Part shown: positions 33,249 to 41,557 of the stretch, one piece after another
Numbering within the stretch: the stretch's first letter is position 1
Layout of the letters: each line of letters starts with the position of its first letter
From: a virus
Length of the DNA: 64,000 nucleotides
Strand: one strand, 5' to 3'
Virus record (IMG/VR): IMGVR_UViG_3300021495_000001
Span: 1 to 64,000 of that record
Translations under genes and position numbers: made by a program
The notes under the pieces: model-generated
What the model was told of the DNA's origin: nothing
Database searches by the model: none
What the model saw: the letters and a program-made list of their open reading frames with translations, nothing else

Positions 33249-34172
33249 ATGACGGCACTTGAACAACTACTACAAGACTACCATGTTCCTTTCCAAACCA
33301 CTGGACACAAACACTGCAGGCCAGGGTGGGCAAACATGCCATGCCCTTTTTGCACAGGTAACCCTGGTCTGCATTTAGGGGTGCATCTAAGTACCAACAC
33401 ATGGACATGTTGGCGGTGCGGTCCTAAACCCCGCTGGGTAGCCCTAGCAAAAGTGCTTGGGGTAGACTCCCAAGAGGCAAAAAAGCTCTTCAAACAGTAC
33501 CAAAAACAATATGGATGTGGATACCCATCCCCCCAAAATACAAACAAGCTAATCAAGATTAGACCTACCAAACTACCCTCTGACTGTGGACAGTTGATGT
33601 ATCATCACAAGCAATACTTGATACAGCGGGGGTTTGATCCTGAGAAGATAGAGAGGGAGTGGGGGGTGAAAGGGGCTGGTCCTGCTGCCATGCTAGATAA
33701 GGTAGAGTACAAAAACCGCATAATCATCCCTATATACTGGGATAACAGGCTAGTGTCTTTCCAAGGCCGTACAATCAGAGAGGGGGTAGAACCAAAATAC
33801 AAAGCCTGCCCAAAAACCCGTGAAGCCATCCCCCACCAGACCATTCTCTATGGAAAACAAGAGGCATGGAGCAGTGGGGCGGGGATATGTGTAGAGGGGG
33901 TAATGGATGTATGGAGGTTGGGGAAAGAGGCTTTTGCTGTGTTTGGGATATCATATACTAAAAAACAAATCAGGTGGATAGCAAAACTTTTCAAGCGAGT
34001 TTTCATTGTTTTTGATGATGACCCACAAGCACAACGACAGGCACAAAAGCTGGTAGGAGAGTTGGCTTTCAGGGGGGTGGAGGTAGAAAACGTAGAAATA
34101 GAAGGAGACCCAGGGGGAATGAAGCAAGAGGAGGCAAGATATTTAGTAAAAAATTTATTAAGGAAATGGTGA
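33249..34172 (+). CDS. DNA primase (zinc finger plus TOPRIM)
   Basis: Zinc finger CPFCTGNPGLHLGV...WTCWRCG. TOPRIM: ICVEGVMDVWRL and VFIVFDDDPQAQRQAQK. Confidence 0.65.
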   Translation: MTALEQLLQDYHVPFQTTGHKHCRPGWANMPCPFCTGNPGLHLGVHLSTNTWTCWRCGPKPRWVALAKVLGVDSQEAKKLFKQYQKQYGCGYPSPQNTNKLIKIRPTKLPSDCGQLMYHHKQYLIQRGFDPEKIEREWGVKGAGPAAMLDKVEYKNRIIIPIYWDNRLVSFQGRTIREGVEPKYKACPKTREAIPHQTILYGKQEAWSSGAGICVEGVMDVWRLGKEAFAVFGISYTKKQIRWIAKLFKRVFIVFDDDPQAQRQAQKLVGELAFRGVEVENVEIEGDPGGMKQEEARYLVKNLLRKW

Positions 34173-34197
34173 AAAGTGAGTATAATAATATAGAGGA
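34157..34197 (+). promoter_or_regulatory. Conserved phage promoter element, copy 1
   Basis: ATTAAGGAAATGGTGAAAAGTGAGTATAATAATATAGAGG: TTAAGG at 34158-63, 17-nt spacer, TATAAT at 34181-86. It overlaps the primase stop. Confidence 0.55.
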
Positions 34198-34205
34198 GGT
34201 AAATA

Positions 34206-34382
34206 ATGGGAAGAAAAAGATTGATGGAAATCAGCAGAATGGTGACCTTTCTGTTAGATGACAAAACCTACAAACAGGTCTCCACCTATTCAAGAAGACA
34301 TAAAAAAGGCTTTTCTGCCACCTTACGTTTCCTGTTACAGAGGGGGCTAGAGGCAGAGAGAAATAAGAAAGTGGGGAAATAA
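34206..34382 (+). CDS. Small basic protein (58 aa), possible RHH/DNA-binding
   Basis: Manual reading: first ORF after promoter copy 1, product MGRKRLMEISRMVTFLLDDKTYKQVSTYSRRHKKGFSATLRFLLQRGLE. Confidence 0.4.
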   Translation: MGRKRLMEISRMVTFLLDDKTYKQVSTYSRRHKKGFSATLRFLLQRGLEAERNKKVGK

Positions 34383-34392
34383 GGGGGGCAAA

Positions 34393-35271
34393 ATGAAAAA
34401 AGAAATTAGACTAGCAGTAAGGGGGCTTTATGATTTACAAAAAATAAGGATACAAATAGGAAACAGATTACACAATCACTATCTAAACAAGCTTGGTGTT
34501 AAGCCTAGTGAAGAAAAAGATAAAACAATAGGGTGGCTAACAGAACGCCTAAAAGAGGAGCACAAAAGGATTGTTGATGGAATGCTACATGAAAAAAACT
34601 TAATCAAAAACTTAAGTAGAATTCTAGGCACAGAAAAAGGGCTTATCTCAACTGAAACAGAATTTGCTCTCTCCTCAGCATACCTGCACCTGTGTGAAGA
34701 TGAAGAAAGACAAATCAAATTTCTTAAAAAACTCCTTGAAGACATCCCCATCTACAACAGCTTCCTAAAAGAAGTCAAAGGAGTTGGCCCCCAAATGGCA
34801 GGGGTAATAATCTCTGAGTTTGACATTACCAAAGCAAAATACGTAAGTAGTCTCTGGAAATATGCTGGGTTGGATGTTGTAGTGACTGCTGATGGTGAAG
34901 TGATGGGGAGGAGAATGAGCAAGAAATGTTGTAAAGTAATTGAATATATTGCTAAAAATGGAGAAAAGAAAGAAAGGTTATCACTAACTTACAATCCATT
35001 TCTGAAAAGCAAACTACTAGGCGTCCTCGCTAAATCATTCATTAAGCTGAAAAGTCCTTACCGCAAATTTTATGATGATTATAAACATAGGTTACAAAAC
35101 CACCCAAAGCACAAAAACAAAAGTAAAGGGCATATAGACAACATGGCAAAGCGGTATATGATAAAAATGTTCCTAATTGACCTGTATGTGAAGTGGAGAA
35201 AATTATCAGGTTTGTCTGTACACCCCAGTTATGCTGAAGGAAAACTTGAAATTAAACACAAAGCAGGTTAA
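34393..35271 (+). CDS. Protein with IS110-family transposase C-terminal (HhH, Transposase_20-like) domain only
   Basis: LKEVKGVGPQMAGVIISEFDITKAKYVSSLWKYAGLDVV...YNPFLKSKLLGVLAKSFIK...MAKRYMIKMFLIDLYVKW matches the IS110 C-domain pattern. The N-terminal 130 aa are coiled-coil-like with no DEDD/RuvC-like motif. Confidence 0.5.
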   Translation: MKKEIRLAVRGLYDLQKIRIQIGNRLHNHYLNKLGVKPSEEKDKTIGWLTERLKEEHKRIVDGMLHEKNLIKNLSRILGTEKGLISTETEFALSSAYLHLCEDEERQIKFLKKLLEDIPIYNSFLKEVKGVGPQMAGVIISEFDITKAKYVSSLWKYAGLDVVVTADGEVMGRRMSKKCCKVIEYIAKNGEKKERLSLTYNPFLKSKLLGVLAKSFIKLKSPYRKFYDDYKHRLQNHPKHKNKSKGHIDNMAKRYMIKMFLIDLYVKWRKLSGLSVHPSYAEGKLEIKHKAG

Positions 35272-35276
35272 AAATG

Positions 35277-35580
35277 GATAAGCCAGCGCGGACTAGAAAA
35301 CCATTAATACAAAGCGAACCAATAGCAAGAAGACAACCATTAGTTAATAGTGAGTCACACATCCGAAGAAAACCAATCAAGGGGAGCGAGCCAAAAATAG
35401 CGAGACAACCAATAAAACTGAGTGAACCATAGGGCAGAAGAAAACCATGGATAAAAAGCGTGCCACTGTAATGAAGAAAACCATGGATTATGAGCGAGCC
35501 AAATGGAGAGAGATAACCAAGCATGGAAAGCGGGCCAAACCTCTACAAATGGAGTAGAAAACCCTGATATGGGAAGCCCA
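35277..35580. repeat. Phased 18-nt / 36-nt tandem repeat array (candidate iterons / origin)
   Basis: 8-nt cores start at 35278, 35296, 35314 ... 35530 at exactly 18-nt spacing (15 units). They alternate GAAAACCA/GACAACCA/GATAACCA with GCGAGCCA/GTGAACCA/GCGTGCCA. Two degenerate units follow. No plus-strand ORF spans the array. Confidence 0.8.
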
Positions 35581-35620
35581 GATATGGATATCCAAAATAA
35601 GGGCAGGAAAGGAGTAAGAC

Positions 35621-36832
35621 ATGAGAAGTGAACTGAAAAACAAGATAAAAGACAACTACACAATCATCCCTAATGCACTCATAACTGACCCCTCTCTCAA
35701 TCCAACAGCGAAATACCTGTATGCACTACTAGCAAGTAAACCTGATGAATGGCAGTTCTATAACAATGCACTCGCCAGTGAAATGGGGTGTACCACTGAT
35801 ACCTTACGAAAACACCTAAAAATGCTTGAAGACAGTGGGTGGATAGAAATAAAAAAACAATCAGAATTACCAAGAGAAAAAGGTAGATTCCCACCGAACA
35901 AATACATACTAAAACACATAAAATCAACCGTATCGGAAAAATTCGGTATCGGAAAAAACACGCATCGGAAAAACCATGATACTTATAAAGAAGTACCTAA
36001 AGTAAGAAGTAATAATAGTAAGAAGAAAAGTATATTATTGTCTGAAAGTGAAAAAACTGGGTTTGGTTCCCCCAATACAGAACAAATTGGGGGCTCCTCC
36101 AATTTTGATAAAGAAGGGCTTCCCCCAGTGAAAGAAAGAACAAAATCTTTCCTTCCATTTGCTAAACAACTCGCTTCCATCATCAGAACAAAAAAGAGAG
36201 TTAAAATCCCCCCCACCCGCCTCCACAGTTGGGCAACAGAGTTTCGTAAACTAGTAAAGGTAGAAGGGGTAGATAGAGAGCGTGTCCAAAGAGTTTTGGA
36301 TTGGTATGGAGGGAGTATTGGTGGACAATATGTCCCAGTTGTAGAAAGTGGGGCGAGTTTCCGCCATAAGTTTCTTCGTCTAGAAGCAGCAATGGAAAGG
36401 GAACAAGGTCAAGGGGGTTATGAGAGAGAAAACAAACCCTCCACCACTGCTAGTCTGAGTGAGATTTTAGACCGACTAGGTAAGCCCAAAACACACTGCC
36501 GTAGAGCCTTCCCCAAAGAGTGTCTTGCCCCAGCACGGGAGATACTGGGTGATGGGGTGAGGAGGGTAGAGGTGGCTGAGCAGTTGGTGAGGATGATTGA
36601 GGAGATTGGTGAGAGACAAAAGGGGGTAGAGGAAAAAGTATATGAGCTTCTGCCCAGTCCTTTTAGTTTAGTGTGCCAGTATGTGAGGTGGTTAGGGGGG
36701 CAGGAGTGGGTGGAACATCCCACTTTGCAGATGTTCTCTATCCATCACAAACTGTTTCAGCATTTTTGTAAACAACAAGCAAAAAACAATTTAGACCTTC
36801 ACCCAGTGACAGGGAGGAAGGTGGGGAGGTAG
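35621..36832 (+). CDS. Replication initiator / organizer with N-terminal winged-helix domain
   Basis: YTIIPNALITDPSLNPTAKYLYALLASKPDEWQFYNNALASEMGCTTDTLRKHLKMLEDSGWIEIKK is a typical phage Rep/DnaD-type wHTH. It lies directly downstream of the repeat array and upstream of the helicase. Confidence 0.55.
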   Translation: MRSELKNKIKDNYTIIPNALITDPSLNPTAKYLYALLASKPDEWQFYNNALASEMGCTTDTLRKHLKMLEDSGWIEIKKQSELPREKGRFPPNKYILKHIKSTVSEKFGIGKNTHRKNHDTYKEVPKVRSNNSKKKSILLSESEKTGFGSPNTEQIGGSSNFDKEGLPPVKERTKSFLPFAKQLASIIRTKKRVKIPPTRLHSWATEFRKLVKVEGVDRERVQRVLDWYGGSIGGQYVPVVESGASFRHKFLRLEAAMEREQGQGGYERENKPSTTASLSEILDRLGKPKTHCRRAFPKECLAPAREILGDGVRRVEVAEQLVRMIEEIGERQKGVEEKVYELLPSPFSLVCQYVRWLGGQEWVEHPTLQMFSIHHKLFQHFCKQQAKNNLDLHPVTGRKVGR

Positions 36833-36836
36833 GAGT

Positions 36837-37190
36837 ATGACCCGTGAGGAGATGCTTAAAAAATTGTGGGCAGGCGAAGACCCACTTGATTTGAGCATTG
36901 GAAAGTGGAGAGATGTAGTCAAGCATTTGAATAAGATTACCAGATTTGAGGAATTTAACAAAGAGATTGAGATGGGGGAAGATAATTGTGCATTATGTGA
37001 AATGTATTATTATGATGGTGGTTGTATTGAATGTCCTGTCAGAAAGGCGACTGGTAATGGAGAGTGTCGAGGAACACCTTTTAAGGATTTTGTTAAAGCA
37101 TGTATAGAGGAAGACCTTGAGGGTATGCGAAAAGCGGCAACGGCTGAGTTAAAATTCTTAGAAAACTTGAAAGGAGGTAAGGATAGATGA
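36837..37190 (+). CDS. Cys-rich hypothetical protein
   Basis: 117 aa with CALCEMYYYDGGCIECPV...ECRG. Confidence 0.45.
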   Translation: MTREEMLKKLWAGEDPLDLSIGKWRDVVKHLNKITRFEEFNKEIEMGEDNCALCEMYYYDGGCIECPVRKATGNGECRGTPFKDFVKACIEEDLEGMRKAATAELKFLENLKGGKDR

Positions 37191-37267
37191 AAGCATTTGA
37201 AGGAATATTATTAAGTGGGTTATTAGGACTTATTTTGTGGATATTGCTTTTCTTTTTAATTTTTTAG
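37187..37267 (+). CDS. Possible 26-aa hydrophobic peptide
   Basis: Manual reading: ATGA overlap, product MKAFEGILLSGLLGLILWILLFFLIF. Confidence 0.25.
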   Translation: MKAFEGILLSGLLGLILWILLFFLIF

Positions 37268-37282
37268 ACTGGGGGGTATCTC

Positions 37283-37468
37283 ATGGAAGTAAAAATTGAA
37301 AGAAAGTATATTTTGGAATTGACTGAGGAGGAGGCTGTATGGTTGAGGGGACTTGTCCAGAACCCCTATCCTACCCAAGGCAACCCTGAGCAGGACCCAG
37401 ATAAAGAAGACCCTCTTGATAGGGAGATGCGAAAGAGGTTGTGGGGAGCTTTGTCACGTGAGGCTTAA
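37283..37468 (+). CDS. Hypothetical small protein
   Basis: 61-aa ORF. Confidence 0.4.
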   Translation: MEVKIERKYILELTEEEAVWLRGLVQNPYPTQGNPEQDPDKEDPLDREMRKRLWGALSREA

Positions 37469-37480
37469 GGAGGTCTGAGC

Positions 37481-39049
37481 ATGCAAAAACCTGATAGGAT
37501 GATAGAGAGGCGGATAGTGATTGGGATGATAGTTAGCACTGATTACCTATCTAGGGTGTCCAGAATTTGGTCCCCTGCTTTTTTCACCTCAGACGCTGCA
37601 CGAATTATCAGCACTTGGTGTATGGAATATTTCAACAAATATGCTAAAGCCCCCAACACAGACATAGAAGCCATATTCTATGACAAACTGGCATCTAAAA
37701 AAATCCCCCAAGATTTAGCTGAGGAGTTTGAGGAGGAGATTTTACCAGGGTTGTCAGAGGAGTATGACAGGGAGGGGAAGTTTAACTCGGGTTACCTCTA
37801 TGACCAGACAGTAAAATATTTTAAAGCACAACAACTCCGCCTCCACAGCCAACAGATACAACAGCTTACTGAACAGGGACGGTATGATGAGGCAGAGAAG
37901 CTGGCGCAAGAGTTTAAACCCACTGTGTTAGATGAGGTTAGCATCGGGTTGGATTTAGCAAGTGAGGAAGCACAGGAGCGGGTAGAACGGGCGTTTAATG
38001 CTGAACTCCAGCATCTAATCAACTACCCTGGTGCATTGGGGGACATGTGGAATGACCATTTGGTGAGAGGGGGCTTTGTGGGATTGATGGGGCCTGAAAA
38101 GCGGGGGAAGACCATGTGGTTAATAGAGCTAGCTATGCGTGCAGTGAGACAAAAATGTAATGTGGCTTTTTTTGAAGCAGGGGATATGTCTGAGCCACAA
38201 ATACTGAGGCGGATATGTATCTATATAGCTAAGAAATCAGATAGACTGCGGTATTGTGAGGAGTTTTATAAGCCTGTGGGGGATTGTGCTAAGAACCAGT
38301 TGGACAAATGCCAGCGGTCTGACCGTAACTGTAATTTTGGTGCATTGGCTGAGGTGTTTCCTAATACATCTGTGAAAGATCTGAGGGGGCAGTTGAAATA
38401 TGATGAGCTGGTAGAGATAGTAAAAGAGAACCCAGACTATGAGCCTTGTGATAGTAGCAAATGTGATGAGCGGGTGGGTAGTATTTGGTTGGTGCGTGTG
38501 CCTAAAAAGAGGCCACTGACAGGGCAAGAGGCAAAGAAGCATCTAAAAAAGTTTTTTACTAAATACAAACGCCATTTTAAACTGATGGTCTATCCAGCAG
38601 ACACACTAACAGTAGCGGAGATGAAGAGGTGTCTTGATGTATGGGAAAGGCAGGAGGGGTTTGTGCCTGATGTGATTTGTGTTGACTATGCGGATCTCTT
38701 AACAGCACCAGTAAGGGAGTTTCGCCACCGACAGGACTACATCTGGAAAAACTTGCGGGCATTGTCTTTGGAAAGACATTGTCTAGTGTTAACAGCCACA
38801 CAGGCAGATGCAGAAAGCTATAAAGCTAACCGTTTACAGCTGTCCAACTTCAGTGAGGACAAGCGTAAGTATGCCCATGTGACAGCTATGTATGGGCTAA
38901 ACCAAGACCCAGAGGGAAGGGAGAAAGAGTTAGGGATAATGCGGATAAATGAGCTAGTAGTGAGGGAAGGAGAGTTTAGCCCTGTTAATGAGGTGACGGT
39001 GCTTCAGTGTTTGAGAATGGGGCGGGCTTTTTTGGAGAGTTATAAATAG
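37481..39049 (+). CDS. DnaB-like replicative helicase (RecA-fold)
   Basis: Walker A GLMGPEKRGKTMW, Walker B VICVDYADLL, then LVLTATQADAES. Confidence 0.6.
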   Translation: MQKPDRMIERRIVIGMIVSTDYLSRVSRIWSPAFFTSDAARIISTWCMEYFNKYAKAPNTDIEAIFYDKLASKKIPQDLAEEFEEEILPGLSEEYDREGKFNSGYLYDQTVKYFKAQQLRLHSQQIQQLTEQGRYDEAEKLAQEFKPTVLDEVSIGLDLASEEAQERVERAFNAELQHLINYPGALGDMWNDHLVRGGFVGLMGPEKRGKTMWLIELAMRAVRQKCNVAFFEAGDMSEPQILRRICIYIAKKSDRLRYCEEFYKPVGDCAKNQLDKCQRSDRNCNFGALAEVFPNTSVKDLRGQLKYDELVEIVKENPDYEPCDSSKCDERVGSIWLVRVPKKRPLTGQEAKKHLKKFFTKYKRHFKLMVYPADTLTVAEMKRCLDVWERQEGFVPDVICVDYADLLTAPVREFRHRQDYIWKNLRALSLERHCLVLTATQADAESYKANRLQLSNFSEDKRKYAHVTAMYGLNQDPEGREKELGIMRINELVVREGEFSPVNEVTVLQCLRMGRAFLESYK

Positions 39050-39060
39050 AAAATTTTATC

Positions 39061-39102
39061 ATTAAGGAAATGGGGCAGAACGAGTATAATAAATATAGAG
39101 GA
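39061..39102 (+). promoter_or_regulatory. Conserved phage promoter element, copy 2
   Basis: ATTAAGGAAATGGGGCAGAACGAGTATAATAAATATAGAGG: TTAAGG at 39062-67, 17-nt spacer, TATAAT at 39085-90. Confidence 0.55.
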
Positions 39103-39124
39103 GAGGAATAAAGGAGGAGCAAAA

Positions 39125-39712
39125 ATGAAAAAGACAGAAATTACGAAGGAAGAGTTAGCTTATGTGGCAAAAGAGATGACAGAGTACATGCAACTAGAGC
39201 CACCAATTGAGGTTGATGGAAGTATAGAGGAGCTAAAAAGTGAAGTAGAGGAGGCTGCTGAGCTGATTGAGGAGGGGGATGAGTTTACGGAGAGAACAAT
39301 AAAGGTGTTAAAGGCCTTAGGGGTGGACTTGCCTGAAGGGATTGGGGTGAAAAAGACCCAAGAGGAGAGCAAAGAGGACGCCCCAGTAAGTAAACCCCCA
39401 GCACCAGTTAAGAAAGAGAAAAAGAAAGAGGAAAGTCCACAGAAGGTAAAAATGTCAAAACCAAAGCTACAGGTGGTAAAGAAAGCTCAACAAGGGCAAA
39501 AAACACGGGCACAGGTGATGGCTGAGATAGTAAGGAGTACAAGGAAGAAACCACTTAGCACTAAGGAAATGATTGAGAGGATGAAAAAGGTATATGGTGG
39601 AAGTGAAAAGGAAGCTGTGTATCAGGTTAGGCATTACATTGGGTTATTGGTGGCGCTTAGCCTCCTGTCTGTGAATGATAAAGGCAAATATACATATACT
39701 ATTACTTCCTAG
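39125..39712 (+). CDS. Acidic/Lys-rich protein with C-terminal wHTH-like domain
   Basis: 195 aa with an acidic N-terminus, a KKEKKKEE linker and the C-terminus TRAQVMAEIVRSTRKKPLSTKEMIERMKKVYG. Confidence 0.45.
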   Translation: MKKTEITKEELAYVAKEMTEYMQLEPPIEVDGSIEELKSEVEEAAELIEEGDEFTERTIKVLKALGVDLPEGIGVKKTQEESKEDAPVSKPPAPVKKEKKKEESPQKVKMSKPKLQVVKKAQQGQKTRAQVMAEIVRSTRKKPLSTKEMIERMKKVYGGSEKEAVYQVRHYIGLLVALSLLSVNDKGKYTYTITS

Positions 39713-39722
39713 CTAACTGCAT

Positions 39723-41429
39723 ATGAGAGAGCTTGGCCATAAAGGGTTTTTTGACATAAAACCACACCAGAGGGGGCTTGCTGGGCAGTTTTTACTCCCC
39801 CCCTTCTCTGTCCTCCACACCTACACGGGTGAGTGGAAGAGGAGGAAACAACAATGGCTTGCACTTGGGATTAAGGGGGAAGTAGGAAGAGAATGTAGAG
39901 TTTATACTAATCGTGAGTGGGTAAGAAAAAAACTACCACATGAAAAAGGGCTCTGTGTGAATTTAACTGCAGGAGGGGTTAGTGTATTTGACCCTGTCCT
40001 ATGTGAGCTAATGTATAGTTGGTTTTGCCCTAAAGGTGGTGGCATCTTAGACCCCTTTGCTGGTGGGTCAGTGCGTGGTGTGGTGGCCTCTTGTATGGGG
40101 TATAAATACTATGGCTGTGAGATCTGCCCTGAGCAAGTGCAGGCTAATAGAGAGCAGGCAGTTGAGATTTTTGGAAGGTATGGAGTAGATAGCTTAACAC
40201 CTGTTCAATATATTATAGATGGTGTTTACTTAAAAAGGGATGATTATTTTAATGTTTTGGGTTTGAGGGGTGGGAAAGTAAGGACGGCGTACACTTTGTT
40301 GAAGAAGGCAGATAGCAACACTATTGTAACTGCTGGTGCAAGGCAGAGCCCACAGATAGCAATTGTCTCTGCATTATCATATTGGCTAGGCAAAACCTGC
40401 CATTGTTTTGTCCCAACTGGTGAAGAGACAGAGATGATTAATATAGCAAGGTATTTTAAAGCAAAAGTACATAAGGTAATGCCAGGCCGTAACAGTGTCC
40501 TCATATCAAGAGCAGTAGAGTTTGCCAAGAAAAGAGAGTTTTGCTATATCCCTTTTGGCATGGAGTGTGAGGAGGCAGTTGAGGAGACAGCAAAACAGGT
40601 GCAAAACCTCCCTTTTGATAAAATCAATAAAATTGTCCTCCCTGTTGGTTCAGGTATGAGCTTGGCTGGGGTTATTACTGGGTTAAAGAGACTTGGTATT
40701 AAAAAGAAAGTATTAGGTATTGTAGTAGGTGCAAACCCAGAAAGGAGGCTTGATAAATTTGCACCAAGCTGGGAGGACTATGTTGAGCTCATCAGAGTGG
40801 GTAAGCAGTATCATGAGGAGGAGAGAGTGGATGAGAAGTGGGGTGTTCATTTTGATAAAATTTATGAAGCTAAATGTTTAGGCTTCGTAGAAAAAGGAGA
40901 CCTGTTTTGGGTTGTTGGTATGAGACCTAAACTTGAGGAGGTTGTGGGTGAGAATTACCCAAAGTGGATTGTTGGTGATAGTAATAAGGTGTTAGATGGG
41001 CTGATAGAAAAGGGGGTAAAGTATGATTTTATCTTTACCTGCCCACCATATGGTAATTTAGAAGTGTATAGTGACTTGGAAGGTGATATTAGTAATATAC
41101 AAAGTTATGATAAGTTTTTGGAGGCTTACAGTAGTATAATCCATAAGGCTTGCCATTGTCTAAGGCAGAACCGTTTTGCTTGTTTTGTGGTAGCTAACTA
41201 TAGAGATAAAAAGGGGTTTTACCATGATTTTGTGGGTGATACCATACGGGCATTTGAAGAGTGTGGGGCGCATTTTTATAATGAGTTGATTTTGGTGACA
41301 CCCCCGGGTAGCCTTCCTGTGCGTGCAGGGAGGGTCTTTAGTAGCACAAGGAAGGTAGGCAAGATGCACCAGAATGTTTTGGTTTTTTATAAAGGTGATG
41401 TTAAAAAAATAAAAGAGATTTTTAAGTGA
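39723..41429 (+). CDS. DNA (N6A/N4C) methyltransferase with an inserted fold-type-II PLP-enzyme domain (ACC deaminase / cysteine synthase-like)
   Basis: Methyltransferase N-terminal half: PPFSVLHTYTGEWKRRKQQWLALGI, ILDPFAGGSVRGVVA. Inserted domain: YLKRDDYFNVLGLRGGKVRTAYTLL, TAGARQSPQIAIV, LPVGSGMSLAGVITG. Methyltransferase C-terminal half: KWIVGDSNKVL, DFIFTCPPYGNLEVYSD, FYNELILV. Confidence 0.65.
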   Translation: MRELGHKGFFDIKPHQRGLAGQFLLPPFSVLHTYTGEWKRRKQQWLALGIKGEVGRECRVYTNREWVRKKLPHEKGLCVNLTAGGVSVFDPVLCELMYSWFCPKGGGILDPFAGGSVRGVVASCMGYKYYGCEICPEQVQANREQAVEIFGRYGVDSLTPVQYIIDGVYLKRDDYFNVLGLRGGKVRTAYTLLKKADSNTIVTAGARQSPQIAIVSALSYWLGKTCHCFVPTGEETEMINIARYFKAKVHKVMPGRNSVLISRAVEFAKKREFCYIPFGMECEEAVEETAKQVQNLPFDKINKIVLPVGSGMSLAGVITGLKRLGIKKKVLGIVVGANPERRLDKFAPSWEDYVELIRVGKQYHEEERVDEKWGVHFDKIYEAKCLGFVEKGDLFWVVGMRPKLEEVVGENYPKWIVGDSNKVLDGLIEKGVKYDFIFTCPPYGNLEVYSDLEGDISNIQSYDKFLEAYSSIIHKACHCLRQNRFACFVVANYRDKKGFYHDFVGDTIRAFEECGAHFYNELILVTPPGSLPVRAGRVFSSTRKVGKMHQNVLVFYKGDVKKIKEIFK

Positions 41430-41444
41430 GAGGGGTAGTATATG

Positions 41445-41543
41445 TGGCCGTGCTGAGTTTTACCCTCCCTCCTCTACTACACCTCCTTCCCCTGTTTACA
41501 GACAGGGTTTAGGGAGTGGGTTTTGTAGGCACGGCCATTTTTT
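41445..41543 (+). terminator. Long compound hairpin followed by T6 (putative terminator / structured RNA)
   Basis: Outer stem tggccgtgc (41445-53) pairs with gcacggcca (41529-37), followed by tttttt. Inner pairings are accctccct/agggag(tg)ggt and ccctgt-ttacag-acaggg (41490-41507). Confidence 0.45.
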
Positions 41544-41557
41544 ACAAGGAGGAACAA

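Noticed and set aside
34393-35271. Active IS110-family insertion sequence
   Set aside because: No DEDD/RuvC-like N-terminal domain and no recognisable element ends were seen. The gene is in operon context behind a conserved phage promoter.
35277-35580. CRISPR array interpretation of the tandem repeats
   Set aside because: The period is only 18/36 nt, with 8-nt conserved cores and ~10-nt semi-conserved linkers. There are no 25-40-nt identical repeats separated by unique spacers.
35252-35663. Minus-strand ORFs 35252..35524 (90 aa) and 35355..35663 (102 aa) with 12-aa periodic peptides (GSLxIxGFL...)
   Set aside because: They are open only because the 36-nt DNA repeat is a multiple of three. 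They run against the transcription direction of the whole arm, lack a convincing RBS, and one overlaps the initiator start. I treat the region as a DNA or RNA repeat element, not as coding.
41445-41543. tRNA (long-variable-arm type) suggested by the 7-9-bp terminal stem
   Set aside because: There is no D-loop GG, no T-loop TTCRA and no anticodon-arm geometry. The terminal stem is followed by a T-run rather than a discriminator/CCA context.
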